This document shows, piece after piece, positions 26,304 to 40,094 of a stretch of 64,000 nucleotides of DNA; the stretch's first letter is position 1, and every line of letters begins with the position of its first letter. The notes beneath the pieces were generated by a model. The model ran no database searches. It worked only from the letters and a program-made list of their open reading frames with translations, and was not told the DNA's origin. The position numbers and the translations under genes are program-made. The DNA comes from Octopus sinensis (taxonomy: Eukaryota), in NCBI RefSeq assembly GCF_006345805.1, contig NC_042998.1, positions 187,116,001 to 187,180,000 on the forward strand. The letters are read 5' to 3'.

Positions 26304-26756
26304 TGTGCATATATGTGTGTGTGTGTACGCATGTGAGTGTGTACACATGTATGTACGAGTGTGTGTGTGTGTATACACAAAGACATGAAGGTCACCTCTA
26401 ACATGGGTCTAAGCAAAAACAACAACAATTTAGGAGTTTCTTCGGGGCTGGTGGTCCTGGTAGAAAAAGCCGCCAATGCTCTCTCAAATCAAATTCTACC
26501 GCTTTAAAAACGGGAGGATACATGAAAGAAAGTTGTGGATGATATACAAAATATCGATAGTCACGAATGTAAAGATTACATCCATAGGCTTTGCTAAAGC
26601 TAGAAATATGCAAATAAATCTGCCCCAAATTATACACCCACCGGTTTAATGGATGCTAATAAGGTCTGGCAATCGATGTCAATATGCATCGTTTCTAACC
26701 CTTAAAGCTCATTCATATTCTCATACCGTATTCATATTCTCTCTTTCTTTCCCTTT

Positions 26757-27138
26757 TCTCTTTTACTTGTTTCAGTCATTTGACTGCGGCCATGCTGGAG
26801 CACTGCCTTTTAGTCGAGCAAATCGACTCCAGGACTTATTCTTTGGAAGCCTTGTACTTATTCTACCGGTCTCTTTTGCCGAACCGCTAAGTTACGGAGA
26901 CGTAAACACACCAGCATCGGTTGTCAAGCGATGTTGTGGGAGGACAAACACTGACACACGAACACACACACACATATATATATATTCTTTCAGTTTCCGT
27001 CTATCAAATCCACTCACAAGGCTTTGATCGGCCCGAGGCTATTATAGAAGACACTTGCCCAAGGTGCCACGCAGTGGGAATGAACCCGGGACTATGAGGT
27101 TGGTAAGCAAGCTACTTACCACACAGCCACCTGCACCT
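26757..27138 (-). mobile_element. SINE family A, diverged
   Basis: ttttacttgtttcagtcatttgactgcggcc...ctacttaccacacagccac. Confidence 0.9.
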
Positions 27139-27529
27139 AGATACTTACCACACAGCCTCTGTTTAATTATATAAATACTATTTCTCCTTTCATTTAATTC
27201 TCCATCAATCGAAACTGACACTTTGAGAAACACTTGGAAATAAACCTAACTTTCTTTATCTTAAACACGATGCTTAATAAGATTAAAAAAATAAACATTG
27301 TTATTTCTACCAGGATGTGACCAATTTCGTAAAGTCTGAACACAGGTGAAATGCGTATTTTTAATAAATTTGCTCGTCTTCAACATTAATGGATAGCATT
27401 TTCAAGATGGTTTCTGCCATTAGTGATGCAAACTTCGATGCGCTTTGCGAGATTCATATGTACCCGATGCAGTAACTCTACATTCCTGTCAATTTGAGCA
27501 CATTCGTTCATCCAGATTTTATGGTCACC

Positions 27530-27829
27530 CTTGTGGCTGTATGGTAGGAAGCCTGCTTCTCAACTACATGGTTCTGGGTTCAGTCCCACTGCGTGACACC
27601 TTGGGCAAGTGTCTTCTACTTTAGCTTCGAGCCGACCAAAGTGGATTTGGTAGACGGAGACTGAAAGAAGCCCGTCACGTATACATATGTGAGTGTGTGT
27701 GTGTGTGTGTGTGTTTCTGTGTCTGCGTTTGTCCCCCACACCACTGATTGACAACTGGTGGTGGTGTGTTAACGTCCCCGTAGCTTAGCGGTTCGGCAAA
27801 AGACCGATAGAATAAGTATTAGGCTTCAA

Positions 27830-27896
<67 letters not shown>

Positions 27897-27992
27897 CCTA
27901 GGGTCGATTTGTTCGACTAAAGCCCTTCCAAACGGTGCCCCAGCATAACCTTAGTCAAATGACAGAAACAAGTAAAAGTTAAAAGATAAAAG
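27530..27992 (+). mobile_element. SINE family A with internal (TAA)n expansion
   Basis: gggttcagtcccactgcgtg...gacagaaacaagtaaaag. Confidence 0.85.
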
Positions 27993-28559
27993 ATACACGA
28001 AGAGTACAAGATTATGTGGTGTTCATGCCTTTCTGAGAGACATTAATAGTAGAAGTGAAGTGATTTAGAATGAAGCAGGAAGCGAAACCAAGTCGAAATG
28101 GCTGACTGGGAATTTTATTTTGTTCTGCTGCAACCCATGTGACATTAATTGTGAATTGTCTTGATACTATATGCAAATTTTATTTAAAATTTTGGTACCA
28201 AAGCAAACGTCAGGTGTTTGAGAGATTTAAACAATTCATGGAGGTTTTGTGTGTGTAAGGACAATGAGGCAACAGGAAGTGCAACTGCACAATAGCAGGG
28301 GACAAAAAGAATGGATGGGGAAGTTTAAACAGAACGTGCGTAGCGTGAGATTTAACATGTGCAAATGGCACTTTGTTAACATCAATGATATGGATTTATT
28401 TACATTAAAACAAGTAGAAAGAAAAAAAAAGCTGTACTTTAATTTATAACATTGCGACTGAAACTTATATACACAGACATGACAGAAGTAAATAGACATC
28501 CTTATAATCATTAAAATTTATTTAAATCTGAAATTATACATTCAAATTATTTATTAATT

Positions 28560-28880
28560 GATATAATGTGAATATTTAATATTTAGTAGACATGCCATTT
28601 ACATTTTTCAATGCAAGGACGCTATTAGGCATGTTACTGATCAGATGACGAATATTTTCTTGCAGAATTTCTTGCCAAGTTTTATGCAGTAATCTCAAAA
28701 GATCTGGCTTTGAGGATGCTTTCTTGATCTTTTTACGAAGTGTCCTGTCCATTATGTCAGAGAGGTGTTCAATAAGGTTCATATCTGGCGATTGGTTTGG
28801 TCATGGAAGCTTTTTTAACGCCACTCTCATCCAACAAATCTTGGGACATTTTAACCGCGTGACTATTCCATGAATAGTCT
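28560..28880 (-). mobile_element. Tc1-like transposase C-terminal relic
   Basis: PNQSPDMNLIEHLSDIM...MPNSVLALKNVNGMSTKY matches the WP.QSPDLNPIE...MP.R...V....G..TKY pattern. Confidence 0.85.
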
Positions 28881-29489
28881 TCTTTAATCATTTCACCCCT
28901 GGAAAAGATTGCAATCTGGAAACAAATCTTCTCTCTTCTCTCCTACTCTTTCACCCCCTCTTTCTCTCTTACTCTCTTACTCTCTTTCTCTCTTCTCTCA
29001 TCCTCTCTCTCTCTCCTCACATACCCACCTTCCCCTCCCCCATAAACCCACCACCCCTACTCCACCTTCCCTATCCTTCCCATCCCCCCATCCCCCATCC
29101 CCCATCCTATACCACACCCCTCCTCCATATACCCCACCTCTAACCCCACCCTCTGCCTACCCACAACCTTCACTCTACCCCAACCCCAGCCGAACCCACA
29201 CCCCACCCGTGCTTTCCCCACTCTTGCCTCTCCCACCTCCCCACAACATCACACCATACCACACTTCACCATACAACATTACACATCACATCACTACACA
29301 CCACACACCACACCCATCCCCACATCTTCACACCTACACATACATACACACACGTCCAGACCACCAGCCCTCTTTCACACGCACATACATACTCTCTTAT
29401 ACACACACACACACCTTTGTGTTGAGTGCTCCTCTGTGTTGGGGGTCATTTTTACCTTGTTACCTCCCCTACTTTCCTCCTCCTGTCTG

Positions 29490-29707
29490 ACCCCTCTGTC
29501 CGGCACTAGTCGCCATGATAGATCGTTAGCCACTACACACATTTTTTTCTCTCCTTGTTTCTCTCCTTGTTTTTTTCTGTGTACCTTTCTGTAGAAGAGC
29601 GTAGGCGCGAAACGTAAAAGACTTTTTCTATTCCTGAGCGTTATACTAATACATCTGTTTGTTTTGTACACCACCTGTCTTCGTCTTTTGTTTTTTTCGT
29701 AAACTTT

Positions 29708-29710
<3 letters not shown>
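29490..29710 (+). mobile_element. Penelope-like tail with hammerhead-like motif (same family as 63630-63817)
   Basis: cttt-CTGTAGA-A-GAGC-GTAG-GCGC-GAAA-C-GTA-aaag at 29585-29620; ends in (TA)n. Confidence 0.6.
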
Positions 29711-29746
<36 letters not shown>

Positions 29747-31329
29747 TTATAAAAAATATCATACAATATTAAGTCTTGGTTTTAGTGAAATTATCTTGAG
29801 TTGGAGAAATGTTAAACAAACATACGATGATAGTTGCGGGTGATTTTGAATGAAAAGGGGAGGTAATTTCAAGAATTAAGAATTCTTCAGAACACGTACC
29901 ATTAAGGAAAATGGTTGTTGTTGTTGTTTTTTTTCTGGAGATAAAAGCTGCTTGTATGGGTTTCCACCTTGACTCGAGCATATATAAATAAATTGACTAG
30001 TTCGAGACTAACTCTACAAGTGAGGGAATGCCATCAGCAGATCCTGCCGAGATACGAGTTAGCATTGCTAACTTGTGCAGTTTTTAAATGAAACGCATCT
30101 AGCAATCAACCGACTCCCTCGACATGATTTTTGATCATCTTACTTTTGCCAGAAGGAGACAGAATGGTTTTTTTCCATCGGATGGCTATGAGGTTAAAAA
30201 GTAGTGTGTTATACCCAGTTGAAGGAGCGAAGGTAATGGATTCTCTGTTCAATTAAACTTTCATCCATTTTTTAAATTTACTTTTACTTTATAATGTCCA
30301 CCTACGCAAATTATCTTTGTTATAAGCATTGTTCTCTGCATCTGAAATTTGTTAAGTGAAGAACAACGACCTTTGCAAATTTCGTTTTTATACGGTTAGA
30401 ATTTTTCTACTAAGAAAACATAGCAGAGTATATGAACAAGTGCCAGTGAAGTTGAAGCACGAAAAACCATCTTAAGCCAGCCTTCACGAAGTGTTGAATG
30501 AAAAGAAGTATTGCCAAAATCAATATAACCTTCCAGCTAATTTATACAGAGATTATTTTTCGTCAACACAGAACATCATTAGTTTTCTCGGATTCTACTG
30601 CTTTATTAAGCAGTTAATTACTTTGCTTTATAAATAGTTGATTTTGATTCCTAATGGGATTTACTATTTATTTTATGTTATCAATTAACCCTCCCGACAT
30701 GAATTATTTCTTTATACATACAAAAATATACAGGTGATACTCAGAATTCCTGAAAAGTTACCATTTCGTGGTTAAATTATGTAAGTTTTTATGCAGCATA
30801 TCAAACTTGCAAGTGAATGACTTGTTCCGAACCTTAATTATAGATGGATGGGTTCAACATGCCTAAAATATTCAGTAAATATATTGTTCTGATCAAAAAT
30901 CATCTGAGTGTGGTATATGACATTCTGGGTGTTCCTGTCGCGTGTATCGGGACATGGACCTGTTATCCATCTGTCTATTCTAAATTACTCTTATATCAGA
31001 TATTTATGAGTTTGTATAGGATATAGATTTGAACAGGTTAAAATCTTTGTCAAGTTAATACTGTGAAAAGTCGAATATATGCTAAGTAAATATTTCAAAA
31101 GTGTTTAATAAGATTATTAAACAACGTACTCTCAACGATAGCAAACAATAAACGATGCTAAAATAAAAAAATTTCCAGCCAAAATCAATAAATCCTAATA
31201 GTTCTTATTCATTGGATACTGAGTCAAACCGTGCTGCACAATTCTAAGCGCAACGAGAGACTTCTAGTTACAGTAGTTTCGACTTCATTGTTCCTATCAC
31301 CGTCAGCTCAATCAACCAACGAAACATGC

Positions 31330-33650
31330 CCCAAGTTTGTGTTATTTCTCGTCCAAATCAACCGATGAATTTCAATATTCACCGGTGGGTATTTGGCAAA
31401 CCAAAACGTTCTTTTCGATCAGTTTGGTTCACTTATTTCTCCATGACTAAACCTACGGCTGTGCGTATTGTTATTTTCAGTACTAAGTATTGTAAAAATT
31501 CAAAACAACAGTATGTTATAAAGGAAGTGCGTATTTAACAGAACGATTTCGTAATTTTAAAACAGTACTCTTCAACTCTTTATGGAATATCGATTACCTG
31601 AATGTCACCACGTTTCTATCGAACTGGATTTTCTGATTCTTAAATGTAATAACACTTGAGAATTATAGGATGAAACTCCAAAAAATATATACGCAAAAAT
31701 ATCATAAATGCATAATAACAATTACTAAGTGTTCATACTTCCTTTGCAAGATGTTGAAGAATAATTTAGTTCGTTTAATTTAGTATGATTGAAAGAGATG
31801 AGTAGTTTTGGTCTTCTAGGGTGATTAAAGAAAACCGGGACTGACAAATACTTTAACCGTTACATACAAAATTTATTCTGTTCTATAATGGCTGACTTCG
31901 TTATGAGAGATTTACTTGGTGAAGTAGAGACAGACGTGTCTTCGATTATTACATATGAATATATTCCCAAGAATTCATCAAAGAACAACTTACATTAAGT
32001 ATTCGTTCCATTAACAAACTCTTTGGGTTTCTGGATTTTTATTAGTTGACAGATAAAATCTTCAACATCATTTTCAGTTATCACTGACGTATTCACATGA
32101 CTGCAATTACATTTATCCAACTATAGAAAAAATATACTTTCACTCAGTGAACAGCATGCTGCTTGGCAAAAAGATATGGAGTAGCCAAGCGTTTGGCAGA
32201 ACTACAATCAAAAGTTTTAACAATAAATTGTCAAACGTACTCTTTAAGTTTGGGTATGAAGGAAATAAATGCAATGTAAGATGCTGCAGTATCTTATGCA
32301 TAACAACACGATCGTTATTCTCATCAAAGAAGAAAAATTCATTTGGTGAGATAAAATGGATAAAAGAATAGAAATTGTGCTTAGCCGTACCTTAATTTTG
32401 TGTACTATAAGATGTACAGTAGATGCTATTTACTTCCGACGAAATCATGATAATTATGCAGCCCTCTTCGTGTGTAGCAAGAATATCTAGTCGCAAATGG
32501 ATGCTGATATTCAGGGCTGTTTGTTGAGTACCAAGCTCAACATGCAGCAATTTCTCGTTTGGGCTAAATCTCGACTTGGTCAGGTACTTACAAATAATAT
32601 ACCTAAGTCATTACAAACAGTTAAAGTAGTAATAGATGAAATTGTTAGAGAAGACTTTAAAAATTCGAGATAGATAAATTCAGTGTTGTCTTAAGGCACA
32701 AACACACTGGGCAGTTGCTCGGGAGCCTCACGGATCTAGAGCGCCAATTCTGATCTATGTATATTGTGACTTGCCGTTGATAAATACACTATAAGGTGGT
32801 GAGCTGATAGAATCGTTTCGTTTCTGCGTCAGATAAAATGCTTTACGGTATTTCTTCCGATTTTGCATTTTGAGTTCAAATACCACAGTGGTCGACTTTG
32901 CCTTTCACCCTTTCGAGGATTTATAAGTATCAGTTGGGCACTGGGGTCAATGTAATCGACTTACCCGCTCGAATATTCTGGCCTTGTGCCAAAATTTGAA
33001 ACCAATAAATACACACTAGAGGAACCAGTGTATTGCTTTTCTCGGGGGTTTATAATGCTGCTAAGACAGCCCTGAGTAAATTCATTTGATACTATCAATG
33101 ATGATACAGTGCAGAAGGCAGAGACATAATCATTTTCTCTCAGAACCAAGGTCCATAGAAACCTGAAATGTAAATTGGGGAAGTTACATTTCTGTCGAGA
33201 GCTGGAGACCAATACAGACATGCATGCGTATTTTGAGGTCATTGATACAATAGCCTCTCCTGTTTACAAAATACTTTGTTCAAGAATGCTAAAAGATATA
33301 TTCCAGGCTGAAGACATGGCTTCAAAAACAGAGATCACACCCTCAAAAACCAATGTTATGAAAGGATGGCATTGATATTGCCAAAAGAATATATGCCGGC
33401 AGTATTCCTGGTTTTTGAAGTTTCTATGAGAAAGACCTGTTATTGTTCTTATTGTTTTTTCTTCTTTTAGCCTTTTTTTTTTTTTTTTTGACACAGATGA
33501 CTATCTGAAAACTGACTGGAAGCATCTGAATTCAGAGAACTGCAAACTTTCTCAACTTTTATTGGTAATTCCGATCACATGTGCAACTGTTGAACAAACA
33601 TTTTCTTTAAGCAAAGCAATTTTAGATATGTTTTCAGTCAAGTTGGCAGG
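31330..33650 (+). pseudogene. Decayed hAT (ZMYM1/TTF-type) transposase
   Basis: N-terminal RPNQPMNF...VFGKPKRSFRSVWF; middle GCLLSTKLNMQQF...LTNNIPKSLQ; C-terminal dimerisation motif LLVIPITCATVEQTFS near 33560; many stops; interrupted by a SINE B at about 32790-33010. Confidence 0.75.
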
Positions 33651-33850
33651 ATCAGCAGCACACCAGACAAAATGCTTAGCAGCATTTCATCCGTCTTTAC
33701 GCTCTGAGTTCAAATTCCGCTGAGGTCAACTTTCCTTTTCATCCTTTCGGGGTCGATAAAATAAGCACCAGTTGAGAGCAGGGGTCGATGTAATCGTCTT
33801 ACGTTCTCTTCCAAAATTGCGGACCTTGTACCAAAACATTAAACCAATAT
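33640..33850 (+). mobile_element. SINE family B, diverged, tail type 2
   Basis: ttctgagttcaaattccgctgaggtc...tttcatcctttcggggtcgataaa. Confidence 0.8.
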
Positions 33851-34599
33851 TAAATTTACATTTAAACAAATTTAGTAAATATTTCGACTATCTTCACTGT
33901 ATGCTAACATTAACATTCAACCCCACCCACACTTCCTTACCATAAAAGTAGCTGTGCAATGCCTGTGCCCGTACAAAACAAATCTATATGTATGTGTATT
34001 CCACACACACACATACACACACACACACACACATACACACACACACACACACATACACACACACTCTCTCTCTCTCTTTCTCTCTCTCCCTAACTCACTT
34101 ACTCATTCATTATTCTGTGTGAGTATGTGTGTGTGGCATATATGTATGTGGAATCAAATAGGAATATATATATGAGTTAGTATATGTGTGTATGCGTATG
34201 AGTGTGCCCGCGCGCATGCGTATCTGTTCGTCTGTTTATATTTTATGCATGTGTACGCACGTAACTGTGTGAAGTTGGAGAGGGAGAGAGACTCGAGAGG
34301 AAAGAAGGGAGGTAGATGGAGAAAAAGAGAGACAGAGAGAGAAAGCTAGGGAGAGAGAGAGAGAGAGAGAGAGTGTGTGTGTGTGTGTGTGTGGTGTGTG
34401 TATTGCTGGCTGCGACTTGATTTCAAGTTTCAATTACACATCTTCAGAAAAGCGTGGAAGTCAAAAATTTTATTGCTTCTCGCAGAGGAAACCCTAGCAA
34501 CCCTCTCTTTCACTCCCTACATTCATTCATACATACATACATACATACATACATACATACAGGCACACAGGCATACATACATACACACATGCATGCATG

Positions 34600-34649
<50 letters not shown>

Positions 34650-34766
34650 AATATGTATATATAAATGTATATATACATATACATATATATATATACATAT
34701 ACATATATATATACATATATATATACATATACATACATATATACATATATTCATACATATACATAC

Positions 34767-34876
<110 letters not shown>

Positions 34877-34898
34877 TACTTGTATATATGTATATATA

Positions 34899-35331
34899 CA
34901 GGGTGCTATGGGTAAATTGTCACAATTTTATATTTTTTATTTCGTGCATGCGCATTGTTTTTGATTTTGTTGACTACACAGCATAGTAGGGTAGAATGTG
35001 TTTATAAAACATCTTTTTCTCTAGGCTTTATTGAGAAAATTCTATAGTTTGTAAGTTATTTATTTGATCTTTAATTTCTTGCATTTCGGCAATTTCAATC
35101 AATCAATGACTGTCTATTGAGGTGAGAACATTCTGTGTCGTATGAATATGTCCTTCGTTTAAGAAACAGATTGGCTTTATTTACATTTGTGAAGAAAAAA
35201 AGATACCCTTCCCCCCACCCCTAACCCTAAAACAGATTGAAATGCAATAGATCGATACTAGGGTCATAATTATGGATGACAATTTCATATGAAACCGCTA
35301 GAAAAAACTGCCGTTCAAACCGAAAAGATCC
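34899..35331. mobile_element. Chimera: Tc1/mariner-like terminus joined to a truncated Merlin-type MITE
   Basis: ta|cagggtgctatggg start (34899-34991), then tagaatgtgtttata...ccgttcaaaccgaaaagatcc. Confidence 0.7.
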
Positions 35332-35399
35332 AAGTATTCTATATATTTGTTGTTATCAACGCATGCTTTGAAGGCTGATTTCAACTGCTGAAGGAATCG

Positions 35400-36300
35400 T
35401 TATGTCATGCCATTGGCCTCTGGGTTAGTAAGCCATCGAGTTGGCCAGTTTGCAACCCAGAAGGTGTGTCGATTCGTCGACGAGATAAAATTCAAACTGA
35501 TGTCCACTGTCTGTAACAGACGTGCGAAATGGTGCAATCCAGTGTTGAATCGGAGCCTTAACAACCACCTGTTGAATCGGTAGCTGCAGTTCAGAAAGTA
35601 TGCATAACTAGTAAGGAGACTGTGGCCCAACAATGTGAATATGGATCTGCTGAAAACATGCGTCATATGGTGCAAAGGTGTCAAGCAGTGATATAACATA
35701 GCCATAGACTAGGAGCAATAATTTCTCTTTCGTTGATATGGCCAGGGAAAGTCAATGATGCAGGTCCAGATTAGAAATTCCCCCACAAAGATCGCTTTGT
35801 GGAGGAATTCCAGTGTATGCCAAGTAATCTTCATCACCACTTTCTTCTATATTTCCAAACTTTGGATAGCCTATAATCGTTACATTAAGTCCTTAGGGTG
35901 CTTCCACATAGACAGCGCATTCAAAGAATGACCCGTAACTTGTACTGAGATCCTTAGAAAGACCGACTGCAAAAGTATTGAAGGCATAATTACCTACCAC
36001 CGGTTATAGTTGCTGGGGCATATAATGAAGTCATCTTCATGTCGGCCGCTTGTAGAATAGTATGTAACCAGCTACACCATGGTTCGATACTCGGCTGCCG
36101 GGCCGAAATAGCGTCGGAAGTATCAAATGAAAAGTGCTTTAAGGAATTGCAAGATAAGACGAAAATCTGAAAGATGTTACTACTGAGCTTTATCACTTGA
36201 AGGAATAAAGTTTGCCGGAGACTGAGGGAACAACTAAGAGATAACAGGGGAAGATGTAGCCAATGTAGTAATAGATGTCCCATTGTTATAGATGTCCCAC
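35400..36300 (+). mobile_element. RTE-clade LINE, decayed 3' part of ORF2
   Basis: TDCKSIEGIITYHRL*LLGHIMK...AGPK*RRKYQMKSALRNCKI matches the RTE pattern SIE...LRW.GH...G.PK.R.KD.LK..LK.C.I. Confidence 0.7.
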
Positions 36301-36434
36301 TTGCGAAGGCACCTTTCAGTCCGGGATAGAACTTGTTAAACCATCAAAAATCCCAGCTTTAATTGAGTATTCGCTAAATATGCATATATGTTTGTGCATG
36401 CACGTATGTAGGTTTACGTACATGTACGTGTGTC

Positions 36435-36910
36435 TTTTATCTTTTACTTGTTTCAGTCATTTGATTGTGGTCATGCTGGGGCACCGTCTTAAGGGGTTTT
36501 TCAGTCGAACAAGTCGACTCCATGACTTTTTTTAAAGACCAATACTTATTCTATCGCTCTCTTTTTTCGAACCGCATTGTACAGGAACATAAAAGTACCG
36601 GCACCTGTTGTCAAGCGATGGTGGGACACTTTCTTTCAGTGTCCGTCCACCAAATCCATTCATAAGGCTTTGGTCGGTCTGAGACTACAGTAGAAGACAC
36701 TTGCTCAAGATGCCACGCAGTAGAACCAAACACTGAACCGTATGGTTGAGAAAGAAGCAAGCTTCTTAGTTTGGCACAAGGCCAGCAATTTGGTAAGGTA
36801 AGTCAATTACATCGAGCCCAATACTCATTTTATCGACCCCCGAAAGGATGAAAATCCGAGTTGACCTCGACAGCATTTGAACTCGGAATAGAGAACCAGA
36901 AGTATATCGT
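36435..36910 (-). mobile_element. Diverged SINE A followed by a SINE B fragment
   Basis: ttttacttgtttcagtcatttga...; gacccccgaaaggatgaaa. Confidence 0.75.
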
Positions 36911-36941
36911 AAAACAACATCCTTACATACACACAAGAAAA

Positions 36942-37510
36942 CTCTCTCTCTCTCTCTTTCCTTCTCTCTCTTTCCTTCTCTCTCTCTCTTTCCTTCTCTC
37001 TCTCTCTCTCTTTCCTTCTCTCTCTCTCTCTCTCTTTCCTTCTCTCTCTCTCTCTTTCCTTCTCTCTCTCTCTCTATCTTTCCTTCTCTCTCTCTCTTCC
37101 TTCTCTCTCTCTCTCTTTCCTTCTCTCTCTCTCTTTCCTTCTCTCTCTCTCTTTCCTTCTCTCTCTTCTCTTCCTTCTCTCTCTCTTTCCTTCTCTCTCT
37201 CTTTCCTTCTCTCTCTCTTTCCTTCTCTCTCTCTCTTTCCTTCTCTCTCTCTCTTTCCTTCTCTCTCTCTCTCTTTCCTTCTCTCTCTCTTTCCTCTCTC
37301 TCTCTCTCTTTCCTTCTCTCTCTCTCTTTCCTTCTCTCTCTCTCTCTTTCCTTCTTATCTCTCTCTCTTTCCTCCTCTCTCTCTCTCTCTCTCTTTCCTT
37401 CTCTCTCTCTCTTTCCTTCTTATCTCTCTCTCTCTTTCCTCCTCTCTCTCTCTCTCTCTTTCCTTCTCTCTCTCTCTCTCTTTCCTTCTCTCTCTCTTTC
37501 TCTCTCTATC
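36942..37510. repeat. Polypyrimidine minisatellite (TTCC(TC)n)
   Basis: About 570 bp of almost pure C/T on the + strand. Confidence 0.98.
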
Positions 37511-37920
37511 TCGCGCGTGCAAGGGTGCCATTTTGTTATTTTTTTGCCTTTGCATTTCCTTTTCTGCCGAAACATATCTACATAATATATATATATATAT
37601 ATTATTGCACAAACAGATATATGTTTGTGCAATGTTCTGCTGTCAGAACGTGCAATGCTTTCCTTCGAGACAACATCAAATTAAATTTCTTCCAAAGCAG
37701 TGAATGAAACATGTATTACTTCCGAGCGAAAGCTATTTCGTCTTTTAACCATTTCACTGTTGGTTTTTTCAACGACAAAAAGAAAATATTTATCCATCAT
37801 CACTATTATTCTTATTGATTGTTTAAAATATGACAAAAATATGAGAGTCTTTTTTTTTTTTCCTTTTTTACTCAAAAACATTAAACTATAACACCTGAAT
37901 GCTGCTGATGTTTTAGCTAC

Positions 37921-38322
37921 TCTTTTACTCTTTTACTTGTTTCAGTCATTTGACTGCGTCCATGCTGGAGCACCACCTTTAGTCGAGCAAATCGACCCCG
38001 GGACTTATTCTTTGTAAGCCCAGTACTTATTCTATCGGTCTCTTTTGCCGAACCGCTAAGTGACGGGGACGTAAACACACCAGCATCGGTTGTCAAGCAA
38101 TGCTAGGGGGACAAACACAGACACACAAACATATACACACACACTTATATATATATACATATATACGACAGGCTTCTTTCAGTTTCCGTCTACCAAATCC
38201 ACTCACAAGGCATTGGTCGGCCCGGGGCTATAGCAGAAGACACTTGCCCAAGATGCCACGCAGTGGGATTGAACCCGGAACCATGTGGTTGGTTAGCAAG
38301 CTACTTACCACACAGCCACTCC
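37921..38322 (-). mobile_element. SINE family A, full length
   Basis: Reverse complement of the copy at 2244. Confidence 0.95.
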
Positions 38323-38959
38323 TACCCCTAAAATATTCAAGGAAATATTAGTTTTCCCATAATCTGAAGGCCGTAGAAGATATAAGAATGTGTGACGCTC
38401 ATGCCTTTAGCGGAGTGAAATGAAATAGTTTAATCAACAAGTAATCTCAAACACATCGCTCTTCTTCAGTAAATGAAAATTAAATCTATTTAGACATCGA
38501 CGAAACTTCATAAACAATCAAGTAAGTAGTTTTGTAAAAATATATTTTAATACTTGTATTAGTCGGTTTGTGTTAGTACATGTATGTGTGTGTGTATGTA
38601 TGCATGTGTATATATGTGTATGTACAGGTGTAACTTAATCGCAATGCGCACCGAAATTTAGCACCTGTGTAAATATCTTGGCACCCTGTTTCAGTGAAGC
38701 AGCTGATGTGTTGCCGAGTCCAGCTCGAGTGCAAAAATAATTTTGCTTCTTATAATAAATATAGTTGTAAGAATGCAACTTGTTTTTTTACTACTAATCT
38801 GACAGTACTAAAATATTAACCATAATTTTTTTTTCTTGTTTCACATAGGTGGTAATAAATACCAAAGCGTTTGATATTATCGCGACTTGTTCGCTAATTA
38901 AATACCAGCTCTGTGCACCAATCTAAGTTAATTTACCATGTAGTCAGGATTCTTAGTTG

Positions 38960-39359
<400 letters not shown>

Positions 39360-40094
39360 TTTACATTTTACGAAATAAAACGAACATCTGTGAATGAGCT
39401 TTATATAAATATAAACATATGGCGGTATGTCTTGTAATCCGCTGGGTCGTCGAGACACTAACAAAGCCTTCATCTCTGCGTTAAAACGTATATTGATTTG
39501 AGTGAAGATTGCCGTCTCACCGAACTCATGTTAATTATACATTATCCCTGAAGCCTACAGAGGTGAGCTGTACCTCCCTATTGTACCTATTTAACCCCTG
39601 TGCAAATATTTTGGCAACCTACTACACTGAATTTAACACTTGGGTAATTGTCAGTCAAGTATCATTGCTAGAAACGCAATATAACATTAGTGGCAAGTTA
39701 GAAACTGTAAATCTTTTGGTTGGTAGATCCACAAATAACCAAACGAATAAATTTATTATTTTGTGCGTTCTTACTATACTTCTGTCACCTTAAAACTACA
39801 GCATTGCCATTAGGTAGATAAGAGGAAAATAATGCTAATTTACTAGGACTTTGCTTCTCATGTATCGGCTGTTTATCAGTATTACTCATTACAGTCAGAA
39901 AGGTGGGCGGATTAGATCAGTTGAAGGGTCTCTGTCGGTCAAGGTTGCCTATGAACCTTCACGCGTAAGTATAGGTCTGGACAAGATTTCTTTTTTTTTT
40001 TTGAAGACTGGGAAATATCCAAGCATGCAAATCTCCCCTCTCTACGCTACGGGAAAGAGCTCCGACTTGAGCCGATACAGCTTGGCACCAGTGT

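Noticed and set aside
30153-30232. 80-nt AG...GT segment with an open frame
   Set aside because: No recognisable protein, and an equally plausible candidate exists on the opposite strand.
36861-37703. 280-aa S/L/F ORF
   Set aside because: Translation of the polypyrimidine minisatellite.
39419-39430. ATGGCG|GTATGT as a possible first-exon end
   Set aside because: A single short motif with no supporting downstream exon chain.
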